A stretch of DNA of 64,000 nucleotides from Rhynchobatus australiae (lineage: Eukaryota). Below are positions 1 through 12,330 of the stretch, one piece after another (positions within the stretch are counted from its first letter, which is position 1; each line of letters opens with the position of its first letter). Below the pieces are notes generated by a model. The model was not told the origin of the DNA. It made no database searches and worked only from the letters and a program-made list of their open reading frames with translations. Made by a program: the position numbers and the translations under genes. Location: contig JAUZTB010000001.1 in assembly GCA_034780895.1 (NCBI GenBank), positions 19,358,520 to 19,422,519 of the forward strand, given 5' to 3'.

Positions 1-1709
1 GTTCTAGACCAGCTGAGCATTTCCAGCATTTTCTGTTTTAGGATAGATTTCCAACACCTGCAGTCATTTGCTTTTGTTACACCTTAATCTTGTTTGCTGT
101 TCAATTAATAATTCAACTGCAATCTACTAAATATTTGCAGATGAAAGAAACATGCAGCATTTACATTATGACAAATGATCAATGGCAAATGGAAATCTCC
201 ATCTTGACTGTTAACACTTTTCCCATTATCTCCTAAACAATGTGCAATGCACAATTTTAATCATGTAATCATAAAATCAAATTTAAGTTTAAATGGTATC
301 TACAACAATGCATGACATGCAATTTCAGCATCACNNNNNNNNNNNNNNNNNNNNNNNNNNNNNNNNNNNNNNNNNNNNNNNNNNNNNNNNNNNNNNNNNN
401 NNNNNNNNNNNNNNNNNNNNNNNNNNNNNNNNNNNNNNNNNNNNNNNNNNNNNNNNNNNNNNNNNNNNNNNNNNNNTTTTGCTTTGTGTAGATATTAAAA
501 TATCTATGAAAATATAATCGACATGAGGTTACATACTATATACGTCAAACTTGATCACACCTGCTGACTGAAATTCACAAAATCAGCTTCTTCATTTTTA
601 ATCCAAGGAAAAATGTTATGCTTTCACTCTTCATATTTGAAGCACTTGCTGCATTGTTTTCATTTACAGATAAGAGATGGTACCTTATAATTTTTTTAAA
701 GTCTTTTATGCTTTAAGATTCATTTAATAGTTCTTTAATGATTAAATAACTTAACAAAATAAAAACATAGCTTTTAATACCAAGTGATTTCATGCATCGT
801 GTTCTCTCTCAAACTGCTGTTCTCTTGTCCCAATTTGCAAATTATATCTCTCACCAACATCTGTAGCTTTTGATCATTAACCAAGGGCATTTGTGATGCA
901 AATTGCCCCCATTCTACATTTCCCATAAAGTGCCTCACTTTCCGCCCCACCACCATGAAGTATCACACCTTCTGCTCCAGAAAGAAATTTGTCAGGTCCT
1001 CACAATGCCACCCAAACCTAATTTTCTTTCAACCCATATGCCATCTGTCACAACATTGCTTCCTTTGTCAACATGGTCAATGGCAACTGGATCTGCTTTT
1101 ACTGACAGTTCCTCACGGCCATCATTCTCCAATCATAATACTCCCTACTGAAAGCCTCACACGAGTATATTTGGTTTTAAACAAGATTGGTCAATTGACT
1201 TCTGATTGGAGTATCTTGTCCAATAACTTTTTGCTCAATGACTAAACCTTTCATTATTTCAGTGTGACATAGTGACTAAGAGATAATCCCACGTCAGTTC
1301 ATTTTCCTATGTATTCCTCCTGTATTTCCATTGACAAAAGACAGGAGTTCTGCTGAAGGAATAAGTGTCATTTGGTTCCAAATTAAACAGAACCACAAAA
1401 AGTAATAACCTCTGGATTAATAAAAAAACAAATGCTAGAAGAACTTAGCCATTCAAGCAACATCTGTGGAAAGTTGAGCATTTCTGTTTTTGATTCAGAT
1501 TCCAGTATCTAGTTTTATTTGTTTTCTATTTCTGAATTACTGTCTATGTGCCATTTGGTACTGGGTAAACAAAATAAGACAAAGGCTGGAGTGGGAGCAA
1601 GGGGATTCAATTCAGAGGGCTCTGGCACCAATACTTTGGAAATAGAGATATCTAAAGATTAGCTGAAGTTCATGAGAGTCATTTAGAGGCTGAGGCAGAA
1701 GGAATAATA

Positions 1710-3030
1710 GTCATAGAGAAATACAGCACAGATACAGACTCTCCTCCACCCACAGTGCCCACCCACCTGCATTTGGCCCATATCNNNNNNNNNNNNNNNN
1801 NNNNNNNNNNNNNNNNNNNNNNNNNNNNNNNNNNNNNNNNNNNNNNNNNNNNNNNNNNNNNNNNNNNNNNNNNNNNNNNNNNNNACTGCCCCTCAGGTCC
1901 CCTTTAAATCTCCCCCCCCACCCTAAATCTATGCCCCCTAGTTTTGGACTCCCCTACCCTGGGGAAAATGCTGTTAACATCCACCTTATCTACACCTCTC
2001 ATAATATTAAACCTTTCTTATAATGTCACCCCTCATTCTCCTAAGTTCCAAGGAATAATGACCTAGCCTGGACAACCTCTCCCTGCAACTCAGGCCTTCT
2101 AGTCCTGGCAACATTCTTGTAAATCTTTTCTGTACTCTTTCCAGTTCAACCACTTCTTTCCTATAACACAAACTGTACCAAAATTGTACACAGTACTCCA
2201 AGTGCGGCCTCACCAACGACTTGTACAACTGCAACACAATGTCCCAACTTCTATACTCAATGCCCCAACTGATGAATGCCAGCATGCTAAACACCTTTTT
2301 CACCATCATGTCTACTTGTGCCGTCGATTTCAATGAACTATGCACTTGTACTCCTAGATCCCTCTGTTCCATTACACTCCCTAGTGCCCTACCATTTATA
2401 GCAGTCTATTCTGGTTTGACTTTCCAAAATGGATCACCTCACAATTATCTGTACTGAAATCCATTTGCCACTCCTCCTCCCACTTCCCTAACAGATCAAA
2501 ATCCCCCTGTAAACTACGATAACCCTCATGATTAACAACACATAATTCCAGGTCATCTGCAAACTTACTGATCAAGCCCTGTGTATTCGCATCCAAATCA
2601 TTTATATAAATAATGAATAACAAGGGCCCCAACACCGACCTCTGTGGCACACCACTAATCACCAGCCTCTGTTCTGAGAAACAACCTTCAACCACCACCT
2701 TCTGCTTCCTACCTCTGAGCCCATTTTGAATCCAACTAACTAGCTCTCCCTGGATTCCATGGGACCTAACCTTCCAGAGCAGCCTACCATGTGAGACCTT
2801 GGTGAAAGCCTTGCTAAAGTCCAAATAGACAGCATCTACTGCCCTACCCTCATTTACCTTTTTGGTTACCTCTTCAAAAAACTCTAAAAGGTTCATCAAG
2901 CATGACTTTCCAGGCACAAAGCCATGCTGACTCCTCCTCATCAGACTGTCTATCCAAATATCCTGTCCCTCAGAATTCCCTCCAGTAACTTCCCCACCAC
3001 TGGTGTCAGGCTGATCAACCTGACACACTG
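1710..3030 (-). mobile_element. CR1 LINE, 5'-truncated, frameshifted RT and 3' tail
   Basis: ORF pieces SQHGF..GKSCLMNLLEFFEEVT, VYLDFSKAF, PQRSVLGPLLFIIYINDLD, KFADD, LYKSLVRPHLEYCVQFW. Confidence 0.93.
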
Positions 3031-3255
3031 GGGAACAAGGCAATGGCAATGAAATTGAACACATATTTTCTGCCTGTCTCTATGAATGACACAGAAAATC
3101 TTGAAAAAGTGGAGAATGACATGCCAATATTGAATGAGTACCACCAAGAAATTAATATCGGCAACAAAAAAAGTACTGGAGAAATTAGTGTTACTGAAAG
3201 GTGACACAATGCCAAGACCTGATGACCCTCATCCCAGGGCATTGAAGGAGATGTT
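3030..3255 (+). mobile_element. Old CR1 ORF2 fragment, opposite orientation
   Basis: Degenerate LKGD.....PD..HPRALKE-like coding at about 3180-3250. Confidence 0.5.
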
Positions 3256-3959
3256 TTTTTGACAAATCTGTTAGAGCTTTTGAAGTTTTAATGAGCAGCC
3301 CAGATAAGGGAGAAAACAGCATAGATAAGGGAGAAACGCATATGCACTACATCTATTGCATTCCCATAATATANNNNNNNNNNNNNNNNNNNNNNNNNNN
3401 NNNNNNNNNNNNNNNNNNNNNNNNNNNNNNNNNNNNNNNNNNNNNNNNNNNNNNNNNNNNNNNNNNNNNNNNNATGCACTACATCTATTGCATTCCCATA
3501 ATATATCCAACTACAACTACAAACCAAAGACACTGAAGGTGCATTTAGTATTGCCTCAATTCACTTTTTTTTGCCAGTGCCAGATTTCTTAACTACTAAA
3601 TGAATTTGCTACATTAATATTTGCTTAGGGTCTATTCTCTCTTCCATTAATCACTCTTTAAAATGCTAAAGTTTATTTCTCCATTCTTTACAACAATTAG
3701 AACTCCCATCCATTTCTTTTGCTAGCTCCTTGAACACAATCCAGTTCCATTTCTTATAAATACCAATTTAAATTCTTTGAGTCGGGCTGTACCCTGCTCA
3801 CAGAACATGGGTAGTGTTTACAAAATATACACATTTCATATTTTATTTCTCAACATAGAAGGCTATGCAGCTCATCAAGTATCTCTCAGAGCATTCCTAT
3901 TCATATCATCCAGACACCAATTCTCCCTATATCCTATTCACCTATTCTGTCTCACATGC

Positions 3960-4195
3960 CCACTAGCTCACTCCTGATTCTTCTGTCACCCATTCACACC
4001 AGGGGTAATTTACAGTAGCTAATTAACCCTCCAGCACATCTTTGAGATGTCAGAAGAAGTTGCAGCATCCAGTGGAAACCCATGTAGTCACAGAGCGAAC
4101 GTACAAACTCCACATAGACAGCACCATGGTTGGAATTGATCCAAGGTCCCTGGAGCTGTGAGGCAACAGTGTTACCTGCTGCACCTCTCCGTTGT
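3960..4195 (-). mobile_element. tRNA-derived V-SINE-like element
   Basis: Minus strand carries a B-box-like GGATCAATTCC and the V-domain-like GGAGTTTGTACGTTC..TGTGACT..ATGGGTTTCC core. Confidence 0.7.
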
Positions 4196-4729
4196 CCTGC
4201 TGCAAAATACACACTTTTTCTAATAGCTTTTAACATTTTATTTTTTGCTGTTAACTACTTGATATGCCTTGGAAAATTTGTTATACTGAAACATTGTTGC
4301 ATTTTTCCATATCTCAATTATTGNNNNNCTGCACATACACTGTTGAAGAAAACAGTTAAAAAATGTATTTATAACTTATAAATCTAGGTCTATCAGTTAA
4401 TTTATACATGTTAAAGAATAAACTGCTGATATTACATTTAGCAAAGCTTTCATTAAGTGATGTAGAGGAGTAGCGTTTTCTACATTTTTGAGTTGGAACA
4501 TTAAAACCCTCCAGCAAATTATGCTCTGTATAAAATAGTCAAAATATGATTAATTGCTTTAGAAAAAAAGATTTTAGAGAAACCAAAATAGGTATGTTTG
4601 TTTCTTTCCATTCTTAATTTTAGATAACATAAAACAAAGGAAATTAGAATCTACTGCAGGTTAGCACATTCTCATTTAGATAACAGTGAAAATAGATATG
4701 CGAAAACTGATGCTTACTGTATTATTTAC

Positions 4730-5941
4730 CTTCCCCTCTTCAGTATTTTGTTGACAAGAACTGTGTACTTCATCTTCTCTCACCAGTTTACCAGGCCAGG
4801 AAGGAAATCCTTTTATTTGACTCCAGACCAAGTCACCAACATTAAACGTCCTTGGTCTGTAGTGTATTAATTCGTTAGATGGTGAATCTGGAATCCTCAA
4901 ATCATCATCACTGCTTATGCTTTTAGTGTCTGACGGACTTGGAGCACATCCATTAATGTTTTCTGAATTATAATCTCCATTGTAAATATACTCATGTGCC
5001 AAAGAGCCTGGCATTCCCTCCAAACTAGCTGAAGAACTTGGAGATTGCTCCTCTATGGCAAGTTCTTGTTTGGGAGCTGTCAGCAGCTCAAAGTTCCTGT
5101 TCTGCTGAGACCGGTTTCCATTGATATGTGTGCATCTTTCCACAGTGCTCTCTAGTTTTTCTTTAATGTTAACAATGTGTCTTTTTTGACTATTAAACCT
5201 AAAACTGTCCTCGTGAAATCTTTTGTCCAGCTGGCAGTTTTTCTGCTGTAATCCTGCATCAGTCTGATCTCCCTGAAAGGAAGGCATCCTTTCGGCTGAA
5301 GGACTATGATTTACTTGGCCAGAGTGTTCTAGAAACTTCTCACATTTCCACAACGTTGCATCAACTGGCTGTTGTTCAGTTTCCCATTGCTTTTTAGGAG
5401 TGTTGCGACCTGGCGATTTGAAGTATTCAAATCCTTCCCCCTCAGCAGGGAATTTTGCCTGCTCAGAATTTTTGCGCAACCTCACTCCTCTGGCATGCCT
5501 ATTTGCCAGGATATTTTGATTGTTGAGTCGACTGTCGTTCTCCATGCTGGAAAGTCTTTTCCCATGAATCACTGCATTGACTGCATTGGAAAGATTCACA
5601 GGGTTTGCAATGGAGGCAGTAAAGGCACTCATGGCACTCAGGGCCGGGATGGGGCTCATTTGTGAAGTACTACTCACTGCTGTGGTGATCACAACTTGCA
5701 TTCCTTTGCTTGCAGCATCCACCACGGCTTTGTATATAGCATCAACAGAAGGGTCGTGAGGACCCACAGTCGGTGCCTGTTCTCTGTCTTGCTTTGCTTG
5801 AATCTGTTCTATTCGATGTTGGTCGCCGGGTAGCTCATGAAAAGTGGGAGGTGCAGTATGGGAGGCCTCGGGGAGTAATATTGTTCCTGGTTCAGAGTTT
5901 ACAGGTGCATTTGGAAGCGAGACATCATGGACTGGGCTCAC
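4730..5941 (-). CDS. MBD5: MBD5 coding exon 7 including the N-terminal part of the PWWP domain
   Basis: TCTTCCCAG|GTG acceptor; [25 protein letters not shown] and [26 protein letters not shown] (PWWP variant); donor AAG|GTAAAT. 1212 nt, phase 0 to 0. Confidence 0.96.
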
Positions 5942-6319
5942 CTGGGAAGAAATTTAAATCAACTGCAGCATTAGATATTTCTAATGTATAATTTGTCTGT
6001 ATATGCATTAAGTAAATTTTTTAAACTACTTAAAACTAAACTTTAATATGAACAATTCATAAAAATGTTCTGAGAAATTCTTTCAAAATAGTTAATAGAA
6101 GCATAGAAAATATACAGGCCCTTCGGCCCACAAAGCTGTGCCGAATAGTTAAGACATCCATTTGAACCAGTTTTGTTTTTAATAAATTATTGTTTTTCTT
6201 CAACTGCTCCCGTTGATCCAGGAGATTATTACTGCTTTCCTTTTAAAAAAAAATTACAGAAATGGTATTCAAATTGCTACTCCATTACAGAATTAAGACA
6301 CATTTCATCAGTACTTAAA

Positions 6320-7140
6320 AAAATGAAATTGCTAGAAAAACTCAGAGGGTGAAGCAGCATCTGTGGAGGCAAAGGGACAGTCAACATTTCATGCTCAGTC
6401 CCTGTATCAGGGCTGAGAATGCAGAGGGAAGACAGCAGTATGTAGAAGTGAGGGGAATGCTGAGGACAGCATAGGCAGGTAGGTGGTGGTGGAAATTCAT
6501 GGAGCAAAAAAATATCTTAGGTAATGTAACTGAGTAGGGGAAGAGAAGAGGGAAGGAGAAAGTCATTGGCTGGTTGATGATAGGTGGAACCGGACAAGGA
6601 AGGAATGATGGGCATAGGGAACCAGGTGGGGGAGGGATGGAAAAGGTGAACAAAGGGNNNNNNNNNNNNNNNNNNNNNNNNNNNNNNNNNNNNNNNNNNN
6701 NNNNNNNNNNNNNNNNNNNNNNNNNNNNNNNNNNNNNNNNNNNNNNNNNNNNNNNNNGAAAAGGTGAACAAAGGGAGGGAGATCCTGGGTGGACTGATGG
6801 GAGTGGGTTACCTGAAACTGGAAAATTCAGTGTTCATACCATTGGCATGAACATTAAATTTTCCAATTTCAGTAACCCACTCCCTCCAATCTAACCAGGG
6901 TTTCTCTCCCTTTTGCACATTTTCCACACCATTGTAATACCCCTCATTACCAAGAGTTTTCACACTCTCCCACCTGTTTCAGTCTGCCCATCACCCACAT
7001 ACCTATCTACCTGGGTTTCCTCTTCCTTGGTTTACCTTTCTTAACTCCTCACCTGGTTCCACCTGCCCATCATCCCTTCCTTATCTGGTTCCACCTATCA
7101 TCAACCAGCCTTTGTGTCTACCCTTCCCTCTCCCACCAAC
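6320..7140. mobile_element. Penelope-like element remnants arranged as an inverted pair centred near 6842
   Basis: Both arms carry the GMNI.FSNF-type GIY-YIG C-terminal coding and purine/pyrimidine-skewed tails in opposite orientation. Confidence 0.65.
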
Positions 7141-7984
7141 GCCTCAAGTTACAATGGCTCTGCTTGTTGCCGATCAAGCCTAGGTACTTCAAATTCACAT
7201 AAAAACATCCCACACTGGTTACATTTACTCATCCAATGCAGAGAGGGAAGGCAACATTTCAATGTACCAATTGAAAAACTGAATCTAAAGCAAAATCCCT
7301 GGAACATTAACACTCCATAATCATGAATTCAGAGCACAGATCTTCCGAGTATAAGGAAAGTGAATTTGCATTATTTTGGGACTCAATGAACCAACTCTGA
7401 GGTGAAATTGACATTTTCAGATATTGACTGGAAAGCTCAGCAAGGTATTCATGCATTAAATCTTTTCTTTAAAGAATGATAATGCTCACACCCTTACAAG
7501 TAATAATGGGATATGGAGTTAGAGAAATGCAACATAAGTAACTGAGGCACACCCTGAATGAAGAACCTTAAATCAATAAAAATGAGAAACAGTATTTATC
7601 CAAGGGGCAGAGCCTTTTATTTCTTACTAGTAATCAGTAATAAAACACTAGTATTAATATTACTACTGAAAGTAATATGCTGCCAACTAGGTGTAGCTTA
7701 TTAAAAATATCAAGTTTCAGCTACAGAACCACCTGCAAATGAACTAAAAATTATGCAAGAATCTACCGTTGTCAGGGGTAATGCAAATATCCTTCAATGT
7801 TACGAGGCAAAGTATGCTTGTACATACAGAACCTTATTGCGCATATTTTGGATTGTTATTAGATTTGAGGAGTGTGGGTGAGGGGGATGTCACATCTTAA
7901 AAACGTGACCCCAGGTAACCACCTCTGAAGACATTGCTTGTCTTCAGTTTAGTAATTTAGTAATAAATGAAAATCTAAAAACTG

Positions 7985-8200
7985 CAATTGCGGGGAATTT
8001 GAAATAAAGACAAAATGCTGGGAAAACTAGAATCTCACTCTGACCTCTGTCTGTGGCCTCCTGCATTGTTACAACGAGGCCAGGCACAAGCTTCAGGAAC
8101 ATCACATCATTTTTCCTCAGGGCACATTGCAGCCTGTAAGACTCAATACTGAATTCTCCAACTTCAGATAACTTGCACACTTTCTGGTTGCATCAGGCTA
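7985..8200 (+). mobile_element. Penelope-like 3' fragment
   Basis: Degenerate HKLQEHHIIF..GTLQP..LNTEFSNFR coding, typical of the end of the Penelope GIY-YIG ORF. Confidence 0.6.
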
Positions 8201-8269
8201 GCCATTTGAGATGGCCATTCCTCTCTTCCTTTTTTTTCCCAATTGTATGTTCCGGCTAACTGGGCATAT

Positions 8270-8780
8270 CCTAATAGGTCAGATCTTCCAGCATTACTCA
8301 GACTTCACAACATTCAAGCAGCCAACACAATCAAAGAACCCACCCACCCCAGACCTTCTCTCTTCTCCGCTCGGGCAGAAGATACAAATGGCTGAAAGCA
8401 CAGCTTCTATCCTGCTGTTATAAGACTATTGAACTGTTCCCTAGTATGATAAAAATGGACTCCACCTCACAATCAACTTTGTTATGACCTTGNNNNNNNN
8501 NNNNNNNNNNNNNNNNNNNNNNNNNNNNNNNNNNNNNNNNNNNNNNNNNNNNNNNNNNNNNNNNNNNNNNNNNNNNNNNNNNNNNNNNNNNNTTGCACCT
8601 TATTGTCTACCTGCACTGCACTTTCTCTGTTGCTGTTATACTTTATTCTGCATTCTGTTATTGTTTTACCTTGCACTACCTCCATGCACTGTGTAATGAA
8701 TTAATCTGTATGAATGGTTTGCAAGATAAGTTTTTCACTGTACCTCGGTACACGTGACAATAAACCAATTCCAATTAGCA
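8270..8780 (+). mobile_element. Rex/Babar-like LINE 3' fragment
   Basis: Shares 3' UTR with copies at 47790-48000 and 48290-48530 (TGCACTGCACTTTCTCTG...ACAATAAACCAAT). Confidence 0.7.
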
Positions 8781-8859
8781 ATACATTGTGCAGTCAAAGG
8801 AGCTTAATTGTCCAGTTAATGGCTGTTTATTTCAACCTATTACAGACATTGCCTTTGTT

Positions 8860-9015
8860 CCACCTAAAGCCCTCCCCCACTATCTCTGCTACCTAGACAA
8901 ACTTAATTTCTTTCTTAGTTCTGATGAAGGGTCTTTGACCTGAAACATTTACTCGCTTCCCACAGATGGTCCCTGACCTGCTGAGTTTTGCCAGCATTTT
9001 CTGTTTTCATTTCAT
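8860..9015 (+). mobile_element. Penelope pLTR-derived short repeat with hammerhead-like core
   Basis: CTGATGA-AGGGTCTTTGACCT-GAAAC at 8921-8946, followed by the family tail CCACAGATG..CTGACCTGCTGAG..CCAGCATTTT. Confidence 0.6.
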
Positions 9016-9068
9016 CAATTTAGTAATTGGTAGATGCAAGATTAGAAGAGAATGTGCAAGTTACTTAC

Positions 9069-9283
9069 CTGGAAGTTTTGAAAAACACATGCCATGGGGT
9101 TTAGAGGGTTGCTTGGGCCCGAAAGTGAAGAGTGACCCTGAAACCCCTGAAGACCCTGAGTCCCTTGCAGACCTTGTAAAAGTTGATGATGAGTCTGAGG
9201 AAGCATTTGATTGCTGTTGATCAAGGTCTGGAGATGGCTTAATTGTGGGTTGTTCAAAGTATTGTTGAATGAAGATACGTCAC
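9069..9283 (-). CDS. MBD5: MBD5 coding exon 6 (Gln-rich)
   Basis: TGTCCAG|GT acceptor, [21 protein letters not shown]...[11 protein letters not shown], donor CAG|GTAAGT. 215 nt, phase 1 to 0. Confidence 0.95.
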
Positions 9284-12029
9284 CTGGACATAACAATAAA
9301 ACATGGAAGTGCATTAGTGGTGCAATCTGCAAGCATCAATTGAACAATTTTGAAACAAATATACAAGTAATCAATTAGAGAAAAAATAGATTAACAAATG
9401 AACTCATATTTGCAATAATAACAGATTAAAAACTTAGAACAAAAAAACAAAGTGATCTTTTGATACCCTTGTTTGCTGGGAAGCCAAGGTGGCTCATCAT
9501 AGTCTCAACAGTAAATCAAAAAAAATCATGTTTTGATAAATTCTCCATGTACATAGGATAGCTACCAATAAAAGACTTAAATGAGTATTACATCTTTCAT
9601 AGATTCAAGACATGCACAGAACATTTAACAACAAATGAAGTACATGGTATCATTTGGTAATTAAGAACTAAATTTAACCAACTGTTTTTTCATTAAGTTT
9701 GCTGTTATCTACTGGCAAGTTAATTTAAGAATGTTAGTTAACTTTTCAATAGGTTAAAAAGATTCATCTAGTTTTATTTCCTGTGATTACTTTGAAGGGA
9801 TCCTGTTTCTGGACCTAAACTCAAAATTGGGTATCACTGATTATGTCAATGGAGACATTAAGACATTAAGCAATAATTCCTGGACGACCAGTAGAAATGG
9901 ACATAAAAGACAAGGTGTACTGCTCCTAAAGCTCTTTCAAAATCAGAACATAAATGAAGATCAGTTAACTTCACTGAACATTGTACCCTTCAACACCAAT
10001 ATAATCAGATCAACTCATCATTAATCACCTTGCTATTTGTCTACACAGCCTGAGTCACTAACTGCAAAATATTTGTGCGCAAAAGGCTTTTTGACGTTTG
10101 GGAAATATCCATCATTATTTTGGGTTTATAGTGTTACTGAATCAAATTGACTGGTTTCAGAACCAAAAACATTCTTAACATAAATTATTGAATGTAAATT
10201 TGCAGATTTAGAAATTTATGAATGCAGATTTTGAACACATTACCATTTTTAATCTATGCTTCAGGTGATGTCTAAACTAAAATATCTCCTTTGCTTTAAT
10301 TTCCCATCTATTTTAATAAGGATATGAAGTGAGGGAATAAGAACTATTGGCTCTAATTGAACAACTGTTTCAACAGTACAGCCTGTAAATCAATGCAGAA
10401 ACTAAACCAGTGGGATAGTTGCATTTGAGTTATGAGGAAAAAAAGTAAAAGAGATCAAAGNNNNNNNNNNNNNNNNNNNNNNNNNNNNNNNNNNNNNNNN
10501 NNNNNNNNNNTAGTTAAGATCAAATGTCCCACCACTCTACAATGTCTTAAAGTCCATCTTTTTCAAAAGTTGTCAAGTCCACCAATAGACACCACTCCAC
10601 ACTACCTTTGCAGGTTTGTTTTTAAAGCTTTATATAAAATTACTTTCTGGTGTCCAACCTATATATTCTATAGTCTTGCTGTTTCTTTGTCAAAGTTTTT
10701 GAAATTCAAGGATATGGCATATCTTAAGGTCAGTTTCACAAAATATACAAGTATCCAGAAAACAAATATCTAAATGTATGCATCTATCAACTTGATATCC
10801 ACTGCCATGCACAAGGTCCAAAACCAGACAGAATATTCAAAATCATGTTATATCGAAGTTTCTATATAATCAAAACTTAAGTTCGCAGTCCTGTGTTACA
10901 CACAGACTTCACAATTTATGAAAACCTTAACAGTTTCCTTCGTAATTCTGTCAGATTATTCTTTTCTTCTCCATTATATTTAATGATTATCCAAATGACT
11001 TTTTAAAATGTCATTGCAGTGTAAACTGGCTTTCTGGGTACTTTCCATGATCTTGATTCACACTGTAATGTTTTGTTCTCTTCTTGTTTATACAATGGCT
11101 CTAATTTGGCTTCTTAAAGTCCTCAAAACTTCCTGAATCAGTGCCCCACACAACTCAGAACCTTGCCACATTAAACATCAGTTATTTATTAAATAATTTA
11201 GATTATTTCAAATTGGCATGAACCCCATTCAATTCCTCCAAACTTTACTGCAATATTTGTGTATTATATTGAGAGGACAGATGAGCATATTGAACAGAAT
11301 AGCTCCAATAGCTTCCATATACTTTTGAGAACTCCTGTTACTCTGTTAGCTAACACCACCAAAAAATCTGAAATAGACCTACATATCATCGCAAGGGAAA
11401 TATGAGCTCAAAACTAAAGATTAATAGGAGCAATAAATGACTGCCTTTAGGAGGAAGAGAAAGAGGTGCATGGGCTTTTAAGATGTGTTGAGGCCTAGGG
11501 AGTTTTTGGCCACAGAGTTTTTGATAAGGGCAGCATAGATTTGGATTAGTCAGTTTAAAGGAAGTGGAAGATTTGAAGGACAGCCAGTAGAACAGATATT
11601 GGTGTTAGATGAAGGTGAAAGGTATGGATGAAGGTTTCAGCAGATGGGCCGAGGAGTGAACAGAAGCAATAATGATGGAATGTCAGAAATCCATCTAAAA
11701 TAGGACATAGATATCGTGGACAATTTTAAATAGACCTAAAATAGTGCCTGGGTCCAAAGATATGGATGACTCTTAAAAATGTTTCATTGAAGTAAAATAT
11801 CAGACAAGCACTCTGATAACAAAACCGTGCATGGTTCTAATGTGGTAATTCAGGGATGGTTTTGCATGGGAACAGTACATAGATCAGAATCAGATTTATT
11901 ATCACTGACATGTTATGAAATTTGTTATTTTGTGGCAACAGTACAGTGAAAGACATAAAAATTACTACGTTACAAAATTAAACAAATTGTGAAAAAGGGG
12001 AATAATGAGGTAGTGTTCATGGACCATTC

Positions 12030-12330
12030 AGAATGAAGAGGTCGACTAGATTGAGAATAGGTCTCGATAGGCTAAATGTAGGAAGGCTGATGAATCAAGG
12101 ACCAGACTGAGATAAGGAGAAACATCACTCAGCTTTGGAATTCTCTACACTGGACAGTAGTAGAAGCAAAGTCATTACGTTCATTCTAAACAGAGATTGA
12201 TCAATTTCCGGGCATGAAGCAAATTGACACATATGGGAACAGTACTGGAAAATGGCACCGAAGTGGGAGATCATCCACAATCTTAAATAAATCTCAAGAG
12301 TTGTTTGGTCTGCTCGTATTTCTTAGGTTC
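12030..12330 (+). mobile_element. CR1 3' end fragment, preceded by a Rex-like minus-strand tail at about 11880-12030
   Basis: CTTTGGAATTCTCTAC...GTAGAAGC...AAACAGAGATTGATCAATT, a CR1 C-terminus/3' UTR pattern repeated elsewhere in the window. Confidence 0.55.

Noticed and set aside
774-1245. Overlapping short ORFs, and a minus-strand TAG|GTTTGGGTG (VWV) that could start the next PWWP exon
   Set aside because: The frame reads VWVAL-stop, the acceptor is purine-rich and no VEPEKLKTL-like sequence follows. The downstream MBD5 exons are probably outside the window or in a gap.
3340-3505. Direct repeat ATGCACTACATCTATTGCATTCCCATAATATA on both sides of an N gap (similar cases at 6638-6777, 19583-19745 and 58231-58347)
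   Set aside because: Identical sequence flanking 100-N gaps is the signature of unmerged overlapping contig ends, not a real repeat, TSD or CRISPR-like array.
5372-5991. Plus-strand ORFs overlapping MBD5 exons (also 8966-9220, 22114-22383, 30314-31474, 34834-35264)
   Set aside because: Antisense shadow ORFs of real coding exons, with no independent homology.
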